Below are positions 24,574 through 36,200 of a DNA stretch of 49,908 bases, one piece after another. This DNA is from Nemertoderma westbladi (Eukaryota; Animalia; Xenacoelomorpha). The notes under the pieces were generated by a model. That model made no database searches. It worked only from the letters and a program-made list of their open reading frames with translations, and was not told the origin of the DNA. The position numbers and the translations under genes were made by a program. Numbering within the stretch: the first letter of the stretch is position 1; every line of letters starts with the position of its first letter. The stretch lies in NCBI GenBank assembly GCA_032718475.1, contig JAUCBJ010005207.1:1-49908 (forward strand), in the 5' to 3' direction.

Positions 24574-26590
24574 GTCCCCCCAACTCGTAGATCCGTTTTT
24601 GGTGCAGCTCAACTGAAGTCCCCCAACTTGTAGATCCGTTTTTGGTGCAGCTCAACGGAAGTCCCCCAACTTGTAGATCCGTTTTTGGTGCAGCTCAACG
24701 GAAGTGCCCCAACTTGTAAATCCGTTTTTGGTGCAGCTCAACTGAAGTCCCCCAACTTGTAGATCCGTTTTTGGTGCAGCTCAACGGAAGTCCCCCAACT
24801 CGTAGATCCGTTTTTGGTGCAGCTTAACTGAAGTCCCCCAAGTTGTAGATCCGTTTTTGGTGCAGCTCAACTGAAGTCCCCCAACTTGTAGATCCGTTTT
24901 TGGTGCAGCTCAACGGAAATCCCCCAACTTGTAGATACGTTTTTGGTGCAGCTCAACGGAAGTCCCCCAACTTGTAGATCCGTTTTTGGTGCAGCTCAAC
25001 TGAAGTCCCCCAACTTGTAGATCCGTTTTTTGGTGCAGCTCAACTGAAGTCCCCCAACTTGTAAATCCGTTTTTGGTGCAGCTCAACTGAAGTCCCCCAA
25101 CTTGTAGATCGGTTTTTGATGCAGCTCAACTGAAGTCCCCCAACTTGTAGATCCGTTTTTGGTGCAGCTCAACGGAAGTCCCCCAACTCGTAGATCCGTT
25201 TTTGGTGCAGCTCAACGAAAGTCCCCCAACTCGTAGATCCGTTTTTGGTGCAGCTCAACTGAAGTCCCCCAACTTGTAGATCGGTTTTTGGTGCAGCTCA
25301 ACGGAAGTCCCCCAAGTTGTAGATCCGTTTTTGGTGCAGCTCAACGGAAGTCCCCCAACTTGTAGATCCGTTTTTGGTGCAGCTCAACGGAAGTCCCCCA
25401 ACTTGTAGATCCGTTTTTGGCGCAGCTCAACGGAAGTCCCCAAACTTGTAGATCCGTTTTTGGTGCAGCTCAACTGAAGTCCCCCAACTTGTAGATCCGT
25501 TTTTGGTGCAGCTCAACGGAAGTCCCCCAACTTGTAGATCGGTTTTTGATGCAGCTCAACTGAAGTCCCCCAACTTGTAGATCCGTTTTTGGTGCAGCTC
25601 AACGGAAGTCCCCCAACTCGTAGATCCGTTTTTGGTGCAGCTCAACGAAAGTCCCCCAACTCGTAGATCCGTTTTTGGTGCAGCTCAACTGAAGACCCCC
25701 AACTTGTAGATCCGTTTTTGGTGCAGCTCAACTGAAGTCCCCCAACTTGTAGATCCATTTTCGGTGCAGCTCAACGGAAGTCCCCCAACTTGTAGATCGG
25801 TTTTTGATGCAGCTCAACTGAAGTCCCCCAACTTGTAGATCCGTTTTTGGTGCAGCTCAACTGAAGTCCCCCAACTTGTAGATCCGTTTTTGGTGCAGCT
25901 CAACTGAAGTCCCCCAACTCGTAGATCCGTTTTTGGTGCAGCTCAACTGAAGTCCCCCAACTTGTAGATCCGTTTTTGGTGCAGCTCAACTGAAGTCCCC
26001 CAACTTGTAGATCGGTTTTTGGTGCAGCTCAACGGAAGTCCCCCAACTCGTAGATCCGTTTTTGGTGCAGCTCAACGAAAGTCCCCCAACTCGTAGATCC
26101 GTTTTTGGTGCAGCTCAACGGAAGTCCCCCAACTCGTAGATCCGTTTTTGGTGCAGCTCAACTGAAGTCCCCCAACTTGCAGATCCGTTTTTGGCGCAGC
26201 TCAACGGAAGTCCCCCAACTTGTAGATCCGTTTTTGGTGCAGCTCAACGGAAGTCCCCCAACTCGTAGATCCGTTTTTGGTGCAGCTCAACTGAAGTCCC
26301 CCAACTCGTAGATCCGTTTTTGGTGCAGCTCAACTGAAGTCCCCCAACTTGTAGATCCGTTTTTGGTGCAGCTCAACTGAAGTTCCCCAACTTGTAGATC
26401 CGTTTTTGGTGCAGCTCAACTGAAGTCCCCCAACTTGTAGATCCGTTTTTGGTGCAGCTCAACTGAAGTCCCCCAACTCGTAGATCCGTTTTTGGTGCAG
26501 CTCAACTGAAGTCCCCCAACTTGTAGATCCGTTTTTGGTGCAGCTCAACTGAAGTCCCCCAACTTGTAGATCGGTTTTTGGTGCAGCTCT
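24574..26590. repeat. 43-bp intronic minisatellite, ~47 copies
   Basis: The unit is GTCCCCCAACTTGTAGATCCGTTTTTGGTGCAGCTCAACTGAA. Confidence 0.97.
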
Positions 26591-26807
26591 ACTCCCTTAT
26601 CTTCTATGTTGCTATACTAGATAATATTGTCTATAAAGAGTTTCCCACAATTATATTTAATAAGTAATCAACAGCAGGGGAATATATAATATTATAATAG
26701 ACAATTAGAAAATTAAACTGGGTGTCTAACTCTGCAAACTCAATGAAAAAATACGTAATAAACCAAAATACAAAATTATATTTAATTGTCCTAATATCTC
26801 GAGTTAT

Positions 26808-26876
26808 CGTCACTCGATATTCTTCTAGGCTGCATTAAACCGTCACTCGATATTCTTCTAGGCTGCACTAAACCGT
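26808..26876 (+). repeat. 33-bp two-copy duplication spanning an OGA splice acceptor
   Basis: CGTCACTCGATATTCTTCTAG|GCTGCA(T/C)TAAAC occurs twice in tandem. Confidence 0.93.
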
Positions 26877-27052
26877 ACAAGGATGCGTTTATGGGCGGGG
26901 AGCAAGAACCATGGTGCTTTAGAGGAGGATTAACTGGCGAGTTTCAACGTATGTTACCACTAGATGGCGCTCAGGATTTATTTGTACAACGACCACCAAA
27001 CAAAGTGACCACATTGGTTTACACTGTTAGACCTTATATTCACGCGGACGAG
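26862..27052 (+). CDS. OGA: O-GlcNAcase exon (alternative in-frame start at 26829)
   Basis: It encodes (G)[40 protein letters not shown]...[11 protein letters not shown] and ends at |gtaggt. It contains the OGA EPWxFRGGLxGEFQR motif. Confidence 0.95.
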
Positions 27053-27367
27053 GTAGGTAGTACAAATGAGCAGGTTATTTACCTTGACCTTGTTGTGTCT
27101 GAGTAGGTTCCTGTTGACTTACAGACCTAGATGGCCAGGTTGGGTGGTAGTTGTATCAGCTCATTTTTATTTAATGCCAGCTGTTGGATGGGATAATGTT
27201 TGGTTTTTAATTTGTTACTGCTGTTACTATTTTTTTTGTTAAGAAATACCATATTATTAGATACCTACCAACCATATTGGTTAAAGAAGTTTACCTAAAT
27301 TCTATATGCCGATATTATCCACTATGCTGCCGTATATTTGCTATAGCGATATTCACCATTATTGTAG

Positions 27368-27532
27368 GCGGAGATCTACCAGGTTTGTCGTCAGCTCTGC
27401 CAGGAGTACAGTGGCCGGTCGCTAGGTGATATACCAGAGACCCACCCCGATCTTATAGGGGACTTACATGTGGGGTCCTTCCTAACTCTCTCGAACGATC
27501 TTTGTTTCGTTGTGCTCGGTCCTGGAGATAAA
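27368..27532 (+). CDS. OGA: O-GlcNAcase exon (pseudo-HAT domain)
   Basis: Flanked by gtag| and |gtgagt, 165 nt. It encodes AEIYQVCRQL...HPDLIGDLHVGSFLTLSNDLCFVVLGPGDK. Confidence 0.9.
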
Positions 27533-27795
27533 GTGAGTTTATATCTCAACTTAACATTCTACAATATATTTATTAACTTTCTGTTCGTATGATAATGAAA
27601 TTATATTTCCATTATTGCATTTCCTTACAATTTATTTATTTTACTAAAATTATTATATTCTAATTGAAATTGACTCATTTAACTTCAGAAACGCAGCAAT
27701 CTGGTGAATTATTAATAAAATGTATTTTAACAATAATTATAAACTTCGTGTAAATTATTAATTAATGATAAATATTTTATTATTTGACTACACAG

Positions 27796-27954
27796 ATAGT
27801 TGGTTACGGGTTGGCAGCTTCTGATGCGCGAAAATTCATAAAGAAAATCCAAACGGCTTGGCTCCCCGAGATGAAGTCCAAGTACCCGCGGATTGAAGTC
27901 TACAGTAAGGTAGACACTGACGTCGATACTGATAAAACTGTGTGTACGGCTAAG
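27796..27954 (+). CDS. OGA: O-GlcNAcase exon (pseudo-HAT domain)
   Basis: Flanked by acag| and |gtgagc. It encodes IVGYGLAASDARKFIKKIQTAWLPEMKSKYP...CTAK. A second in-frame AAG|GTAGAC donor is possible at 27909/27910. Confidence 0.87.
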
Positions 27955-28433
27955 GTGAGCGTAATGTTGTTGAAAAAGGCAGTGCATTGCGTGGTGGCAG
28001 AATATTTTAATGGGGTTAAGCAGACATCCCCAAGAAGTCTACGATTTTTGAGAAAATACGATGCGATACGTGAGATTCAATAAACGTCACGAAATACCTA
28101 AAAGGCGTTTGAATTTCTTTCTTATCGATATTTTATCAGTAATTACATATAATTTCCACTCTACTGGGCCTAAAGTAGTAATATATTAATTTAGCAAAAC
28201 ATTTTGTTTTCCTATTTCTTTAGTAAGCAAAAATAATTATTTATTACAAGACATACACTACATACATACACTTCAAAGAATAATTAAAAAGAAATGTTCT
28301 AAGTTTTTCCCATGTAATACGTAATTTTATTCTTAACGTGGTAATCCTTAGTATTTTAGTCTGTCTTCAAAAGGATTAGCTTGTAGACGAAGTTGTTTAG
28401 CCTAAAAGTAAATTATCTAAAATGTTTTTATAG

Positions 28434-28596
28434 GAATTTATTGACGAATTCTATGAAACGGTTGAAGTGAAACTCACAGACAGTGTTCTAGAAACATATC
28501 CTAGTGTTGTCAGGGTAGGAGTTCTATTAGAAGTCGAGGATACCAGTGTCGCTAAAAATCTAATGGCTTGTTTACTCTCAGCCCTGAAAGCAAATG
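28434..28596 (+). CDS. OGA: O-GlcNAcase exon (pseudo-HAT domain)
   Basis: Flanked by atag| and |gtaagt. It encodes EFIDEFYE...YPSVVRV...DTSVAKNLMACLLSALKAN(G). Confidence 0.93.
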
Positions 28597-28737
28597 GTAA
28601 GTGATCGTGTGACTTAGTCACGATGATTGGTCCATGATACGTAGGTGTACACGCACACTACTCTTCTATTGCGTCTCGTATTAGTATTATTATTATTTTA
28701 GAGATTATTTGACTTTCTCATTGGCTAACATTTTCAG

Positions 28738-28868
28738 GGTGTAATGGGGTCCATTGCGAAGTATCTCCCAATGAGAAGATAGCTTTCGACTTGTATACGT
28801 TCCTTGGTTTGTACGACATTAAGGCGAGTTGCGACGAAGGGAAGGTGATAATGGGTCGGACAATCTGA
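28738..28868 (+). CDS. OGA: O-GlcNAcase last coding exon
   Basis: After ttttcag| it encodes (G)CNGVHCEVSPNEKIAFDLYTFLGLYDIKASCDEGKVIMGRTI and stops at TGA. The C-terminus resembles OGA ...VILGRSL. Confidence 0.93.
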
Positions 28869-29022
28869 GGCAGTGATCAGTTATAGCCAATCAACGCGTT
28901 CAGTGCTTTTGTAGCTATATTGGTGCTATGTGTCTTTTTAATACTTGTTGAATTGACTCTGTGTACCTGTTTCAATCAACGTGTAAGACTATTATTATTA
29001 TTATCATTACTATTATTATTAA

Positions 29023-30424
29023 CCCTTAAAATGGTGAGGATTTTTCTAAAACACATCTCCACTTGGTGAAAACTCAAATATAAGTTTTGCGATTGTTAGT
29101 TCTACTTGGTGGGAATTATTGATGAAATCTATTCTGACTTGGTGTAAACTCATATATGAGTTTCGTCAATAAGGTGTAAAGCTTTAAATTAGAAATAAAA
29201 TTTTAATTGTGAAGGTATTTTTTTATGATTATTGGACCTACTGATCAGTTTATAAGACAACTTCAAGTCTCTGTAATGAAGACTGGACTCGAATAAGCGA
29301 CTCTGTGGTCTTTGCGGGATTACACGGAATAGACTTATCGGTCATCGGTGATCTTCAAAATGTGTAATCTCCAGTTCTAGTGGTCGTACGGAGTTCGTTT
29401 TAGGCTCATTCGAAAGCTCTTTTCTTAGAGAACAAAGTTACCATTTGGTTTGGCAAATTATTGAAAGCTGCCTGAACAAAATTGGCAAGGCATATTTTAC
29501 CCAAATTCATGTAATGTTGCAACACAACCATTTTATCTTAAATCAAATGGTAACTTTGTTCTCTGAGAAAAGAGCTTTCGAATGAGCCTAAAACGAACTC
29601 CGTACGACCACTAGAACTGGAGATTATACATTTTGAAGATCTCCGATGACCGATAAGTCTATTCCGTGTAATCCCGCAAAGACCGCAGAGTCGCTTATTC
29701 GAGTCCCGTCTTCATTACAGAGACTTGAAGTTGTCTTATAAACTGATCAGTAGGTCCAATAATCATAAACAAATACCTTCTCAATTAAAATTTTGTGCTC
29801 TTTCTCGTGGAGATATCCAATTGGCACAACTGGGCACAGAAATTTGCAGAAATTGAATGCAAACCCCAAACTTTATCGCCTTTACCGATATCGCGATATA
29901 TCGGAGCCAGTATCTTCTACCTCAGCAAACTAAGCAAGATATGGGAAAACGGTTTCCATATTTCGATTCAGCATGAAATTCTGCTGCATCAGATAGGATA
30001 TGTTTCAAAAATTCGACTTTTTGGTCAGAAAATGCGCTACACCCCCCCTTAAGATCCAGTTTTGTCAACATTTTCAATGCGCAGAAATACAATTGTGGAC
30101 TCAGGCAGGGATATTTAATTTAATTTTAAATTAAATTCTGAAATTTCCATACATTTTTTTTTAACTTTATAAATATAAGAAAAACTCTCACCAAGGAGAA
30201 ATAGCAAAAAAATATAATCTCTACCAAGTCCAGACGTTGGCTCATAAACTCATGAGTTTTTACCAAGTCAACTAATTCTTCTTAAAAAAGCTCCACATAG
30301 AGGGAATAGACTTGAGAGAACTCAAATATGAGTTTTCACCAAGTCAGATACAACCATTAGAAAAATTCCCACCAAGTGGAATTGGCCCTCCCAAAACTCA
30401 TATGAGTTTTCACCAGTTTAAGGG
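29023..30424. mobile_element. piggyBac-like non-autonomous DNA transposon (~1.4 kb)
   Basis: TTAA lies at 29019-29022 and 30425-30428. The TIRs are CCCTTAAAATGGTGA and TCACCAGTTTAAGGG, with mirrored subterminal repeats (CTTGGTGAAAACTCA / TGAGTTTTCACCAAG). There is no transposase ORF. Confidence 0.85.
29197..29794. repeat. ~255-bp near-perfect inverted repeat with an ~88-bp spacer
   Basis: 29197-29451 is the reverse complement of ~29540-29794, with few mismatches. Confidence 0.92.
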
Positions 30425-30616
30425 TTAAGCTTGTATACAGCAGAATATTGTTCACCAAGTTGCGGATGTTTATTGATTTAAACTATTATTAGGCTATTCT
30501 ATTATTAACGTTACCGAAATAAAAGTCTCAGGAGATCTGAGATCAGGAAATATATTTTAATAAATGAAACGCAAAACACCGGGGGCCACACCCGGTTATA
30601 TTGACATACCATGGGT

Positions 30617-33059
30617 TATATTTCATCACCTTTTTTGGTCTGGATTCTATTTCATCACCTTTATTGGTCTGGATTCTATTTCAGCACCTTTATTGGTCTG
30701 GATTCTATTTCAGCACCTTTATTGGTCTGGATTCTATTTCATCACCTTTATTGGTCTGGATTCTATTTCAGCACCTTTATTGGTCTGGATTCTATTTCAG
30801 CACCTTTATTGGTCTGGATTCTATTTCAGCACCTTTATTTGTCAGGATTCTATTTCATCACCTTTATTGGTCTGGATTCTATTTCAGCACCTTTATTTGT
30901 CTGGATTCTATTTCATCACCTTTATTGGTCTGGATTCTATTTCATCACCTTTATTGGTCTGGATTCTATTTCATCACCTTTATTGGTCTGGATTCTATTT
31001 CAGCACCTTTATTGGTCTGGATTCTATTTCAGCACCTTTATTGGTCTGGATTCTATTTCATCACCTTTATTGGTCTGGATTCTATTTCAGCACCTTTATT
31101 TGTCTGGATTCTATTTCATCACCTTTATTGGTCTGGATTCTATTTCATCACCTTTTTTGGTCTGGATTCTATTTCATCACCTTTATTGGTCTGGATTCTA
31201 TTTCAGCACCTTTATTGGTCTGGATTCTATTTCATCAGCACCTTTATTGGTCTGGATTCTATTTCATCACCTTTATTGGTCTGGATTCTATTTCAGCACC
31301 TTTATTGGTCTGGATTCTATTACAGTACCTTTATTGGTCTGGATGGTATTGTAGCACCTTTTTTTTTGTCTGGATTCTATTTTATCACCTTTATTGGTCT
31401 GGATTCTATTTCATCACCTTTATTGGTCTGGATTCTATTTCAGCACCTTTATTGGTCTGGATTCTATTTCAGTACCTTTATTGGTCTGGATTCTATTTCA
31501 GCACCTTTATTGGTCTGGATTCTATTTCATCACCTTTATTGGTCTGGATTCTATTACAGCACCTTTATTGGTCTGGATTCTATTACAGTACCTTTATTGG
31601 TCTGGATGGTATGTCAGCACCTTTATTGGTCTGGATTCTATGTCAGCACCTTTATTGGTCTGGATTCTATTTCAGCACCTTTATTGGTCTGGATTCTATT
31701 TCATCACCTTTATTGGTCTGGATTCTATTTCAGCACCTTTATTGGTCTGGATTCTATTTCATCACCTTTATTGGTCTGGATTCTATTTCATCACCTTTAT
31801 TGGTCTGGATTCTATTTCATCACCTTTATTGGTCTGGATTCTATTTCAGCACCTTTATTGGTCTGGATGTTATGCCAGCACCTTTTTTGGTCTGGATTCT
31901 ATTTCATCACCTTTATTGGTCTGGATTCTATTTCAGCACCTTTATTGGTCTGGATTCTATTTCAGCACCTTTATTGGTCTGGATTCTATTTCATCACCTT
32001 TATTGGTCTGGATTCTATTTCATCACCTTTATTGGTCTGGATTCTATTACGTACCTTTATTGTTCTGGATGTTATGTCAGCACCTTTTTTGGTCTGGATT
32101 CTATTTCATCACCTTTATTGGTCTGGATTCTATTTCAGCACCTTTATTGTTCTGGATTCTATTTCAGCACCTTTATTGGTCTGGATTCTATTTCATCACC
32201 TTTATTGGTCTGGATTCTATTTCAGCACCTTTATTGGTCTGGATTCTATTTCAGCACCTTTATTGGTCTGGATTCTATTTCATCACCTTTATTGGTCTGG
32301 ATTCTATTACAGTACCTTTATTGGCCTGGATGGTATGTCAGCACCTTTTTTGGTCTGGATTCTATTTCATCACCTTTGTTGGTCTGGATTCTATTTCATC
32401 ACCTTTATTGGTCTGGATTCTATTTCAGCACCTTTGTTGGTCTGAATTCTCTTTCAGCACCTTTATTGGTCTGGATTCTATTTCAGTACCTTTATTGGTC
32501 TGGATTATATTACAGTACCTTTATTGGTCTGGATGGTATGTCAGCACCTTTTTTGGTCTGGATTCTATTTCAGCACCTTTATTGGTCTGGATTCTATTAC
32601 AGTACCTTTATTGGTCTGGATGGTATGCCAGCACCTTTATTGGTCTGGATTCTATTTCAGCACCTTTATTGGTCTGGATTCTATTTCAGCACCTTTATTG
32701 GTCTGGATTCTATTTCAGCACCTTTATTGGTCTGGATTCTATTTCAGCACCTTTATTGGTTTGGATTTTATTTCAGGGCCTTTATTGGTCTGGATTGTAT
32801 GTCAGCACCTTTATTGGTTTGGATGGTATGTCAGCACCTTTTTTGGTCTGGATTCTATTTCAGCACCTTTATTGGTCTGGATTCTATTACAGTACCTTTA
32901 TTGGTCTGGATGGTATGTCAGCACCTTTATTGGTCTGGATTCTATTTCAGCACCTTTATTGGTCTGGATTCTATTTCAGCACCTTTATTGGTTTGGATTT
33001 TATTTCAGGGCCTTTATTGGTCTGGATTGTATGTCAGCACATTTATTGGTCTGGATTCA
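30617..33059. repeat. 29-bp minisatellite, ~84 copies
   Basis: The unit is TTTATTGGTCTGGATTCTATTTCA(G/T)CACC. It becomes more degenerate toward the right. Confidence 0.97.
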
Positions 33060-33289
33060 TCAGCCATTGGGTATTGATCGGATCGGCATAGGTTTAAAGA
33101 ATAGCCTATAAAATTTTTATACTTTTGTATTGGACCCTAAATTTTTGCATGCAAGCTCAGAATTAAATTCATTTCAGAATTAAATTTAAATATATTACAC
33201 TAAAGGTACATGCCTGACAGTTTTGGCTGGCCAGGGGGGGGGGGGGGGGGGCAATCATTATGGAACACCCGGTACAATTATTATTATTA

Positions 33290-36200
33290 TTATTAGAAGA
33301 AGAAGACAGTTAGGGCATATTAGAAGACCGTTAGGGCTTATTAGAAGACAGTTAGGGCTTATTAGAAGACAGTTAGGGCTTATTAGAAGACCGTTAGGGC
33401 GTATTAGAAGACAGTTAGGGCTTATTAGAAGACCGTTAGGGCTTATTAGAAGACAGTTAGGGCTTATTAGAAGACAGTTAGGGCTTATTATAAGACCATT
33501 AGGGCTTATTAGAAGACAGTTAGGGCTTATTAGAAGACAGTTAGGGCTTATTAGAAGACCGTTAGGGCTTATTAGAAGACAGTTAGGGCTTATTAGAAGA
33601 CAGTTAGGGCTTATTATAAGACCATTAGGGCTTATTAGAAGACAGTTAGGGCTTATTAGAAGACAGTTAGGGCTTATTGGAAGACCGTTAGGGCTTATTA
33701 GAAGACAGTTAGGGCTTATTAGAAGACAGTTAGGGCTTATTAGAAGACAGTTAGGGCTTATTAGAAAACAGTTCGGGCTTATTAGAAGACCGTTAGGGCT
33801 TATTAGAAGACCGTTAGGGCTTATTAGAAAACAGTTAGGGCTTATTAGAAGACCGTTAGGGCTTATTAGAAGACAGTTAGGGCTTATTAGAAGACAGTTA
33901 GGGCTTATTAGAAGACCGTTAGGGCTTAATAGAAGACAGTTAGGGCTTATTAGAAGACCGTTAGGGCTTATTAGAAGACAGTTAGGGCTTATTAGAAGAC
34001 AGTTAGGGCTTATTAGAAGACCGTTAGGGCTTAATAGAAGACAGTTAGGGCTTATTAGAAGACAGTTAGGGCTTATTAGAAGACCGTTAGGGCTTATTAG
34101 AAGACAGTTAGGGCTTATTAGAAGACAGTTAGGGCTTATTAGAAAACAGTTAGGGCTTATTAGAAGACCGTTAGGGCTTATTAGAAGACAGTTAGGGCTT
34201 ATTAGAAGACAGTTAGGGCTTATTAGAAAACAGTTAGGGCTTATTAGAAGACCGTTAGGGCTTATTAGAAGACAGTTAGGGCTTATTAGAAGACAGTTAG
34301 GGCTTATTAGAAGACCGTTAGGGCTTAATAGAAGACAGTTAGGGCTTATTAGAAGACAGTTAGGGCTTATTAGAAGACAGTTAGGGCTTATTATAAGACC
34401 ATTAGGGCTTATTAGAAGACAGTTAGGGCTTATTGGAAGACAGTTAGGGCTTATTAGAAGACAGTTAGGGCTTATTAGAAGACAGTTAGGGCTTATTAGA
34501 AAACAGTTCGGGCTTATTAGAAGACCGTTAGGGCTTATTAGAAGACCGTTAGGGCTTATTAGAAAACAGTTCGGGCTTATTAGAAGACCGTTAGGGCTTA
34601 TTAGAAGACCGTTAGGGCTTATTAGAAAACAGTTAGGGCTTATTAGAAGACCGTTAGGGCTTATTAGAAGACAGTTAGGGCTTATTAGAAGACAGTTAGG
34701 GCTTATTAGAAGACCGTTAGGGCTTAATAGAAGACAGTTAGGGCTTATTAGAAGACCGTTAGGGCTTATTGGAAGACAGTTAGGGCTTATTAGAAGACCG
34801 TTAGGGCTTATTAGAAGACCGTTAGGGCTTAATAGAAGACAGTTAGGGCTTATTAGAAGACCGTTAGGGCTTATTAGAAGACCGTTAGGGCTTATTAGAA
34901 GACCGTTAGGACTTATTAGAAGACCGTTAGGGAATATTAGAAGACCGTTAGGGCTTATTAGAAGACCGTTAGGGAATATTAGAAGACCGTTAGGGCTTAT
35001 TAGAAGACCGTTAGGGCTTATTAGAAGACAGTTAGGGCTTATTGGAAGACCGTTAGGGCTTATTAGAAGACAGTTAGGGCTTATTAGAAGACAGTTAGGG
35101 CTTATTAGAAGACCGTTAGGGCTTATTGGAAGACAGTTAGGGCTTATTAGAAGACCGTTAGGGCTTATTAGAAGACCGTTAGGGCTTAATAGAAGACAGT
35201 TAGGGCTTATTAGAAGACCGTTAGGACTTATTAGAAGACCGTTAGGGAATATTAGAAGACCGTTAGGGCTTATTAGAAGACAGTTAGGGCTTATTAGAAG
35301 ACAGTTAGGGCTTATTAGAAGACTATTAGGGCTTATTGGAAGACAGTTAGGGCTTATTAGAAGACCGTTAGGGCTTATTAGAAGACCGTTAGGGCTTAAT
35401 AGAAGACAGTTAGGGCTTATTAGAAGACAGTTAGGGCTTATTAGAAGACAGTTAGGGCTTATTAGAAGACCGTTAGGGCTTATTAGAAGACCGTTAGGGC
35501 TTATTGGAAGACAGTTAGGGCTTATTAGAAGACCGTTAGGGCTTATTAGAAGACCGTTAGGGCTTAATAGAAGACAGTTAGGGCTTATTAGAAGACCGTT
35601 AGGGCTTATTGGAAGACAGTTAGGGCTTATTAGAAGACCGTTAGGGCTTATTAGAAGACCGTTAGGGCTTAATAGAAGACAGTTAGGGCTTATTAGAAGA
35701 CCGTTAGGGCTTATTAGAAGACCGTTAGGGCTTATTAGAAGACCGTTAGGACTTATTAGAAGACCGTTAGGGAATATTAGAAGACCGTTAGGGCTTATTA
35801 GAAGACCGTTAGGGAATATTAGAAGACCGTTAGGGCTTATTAGAAGACCGTTAGGGCTTATTAGAAGACCGTTAGGGCTTATTAGAAGACAGTTAGGGCT
35901 TATTAGAAGACAGTTAGGGAATATTAGAAGACCGTTAGGGCTTATTAGAAGACCGTTAGGGCTTATTAGAAGACCGTTAGGGCTTATTAGAAGACAGTTA
36001 GGGCTTATTAGAAGACCGTTAGGGCTTATTGGAAGACAGTTAGGGCTTATTAGAAGACCGTTAGGGCTTATTAGAAGACCGTTAGGGAATATTAGAAGAC
36101 CGTTAGGGCTTATTAGAAGACCGTTAGGGCTTATTAGAACACCGTTAGGACTTATTAGAAGACCGTTAGGGAATATTAGAAGACCGTTAGGGCTTATTAG

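Noticed and set aside
1-33059. CRISPR arrays (repeat units of 29-43 bp)
   Set aside because: The units are head-to-tail with no unique spacers, there are no cas genes, and the context is spliced eukaryotic genes.
30564-33111. Hydrophobic membrane-protein-like ORFs in all three frames
   Set aside because: They are an artefact of a T-rich 29-bp unit that lacks stop codons.
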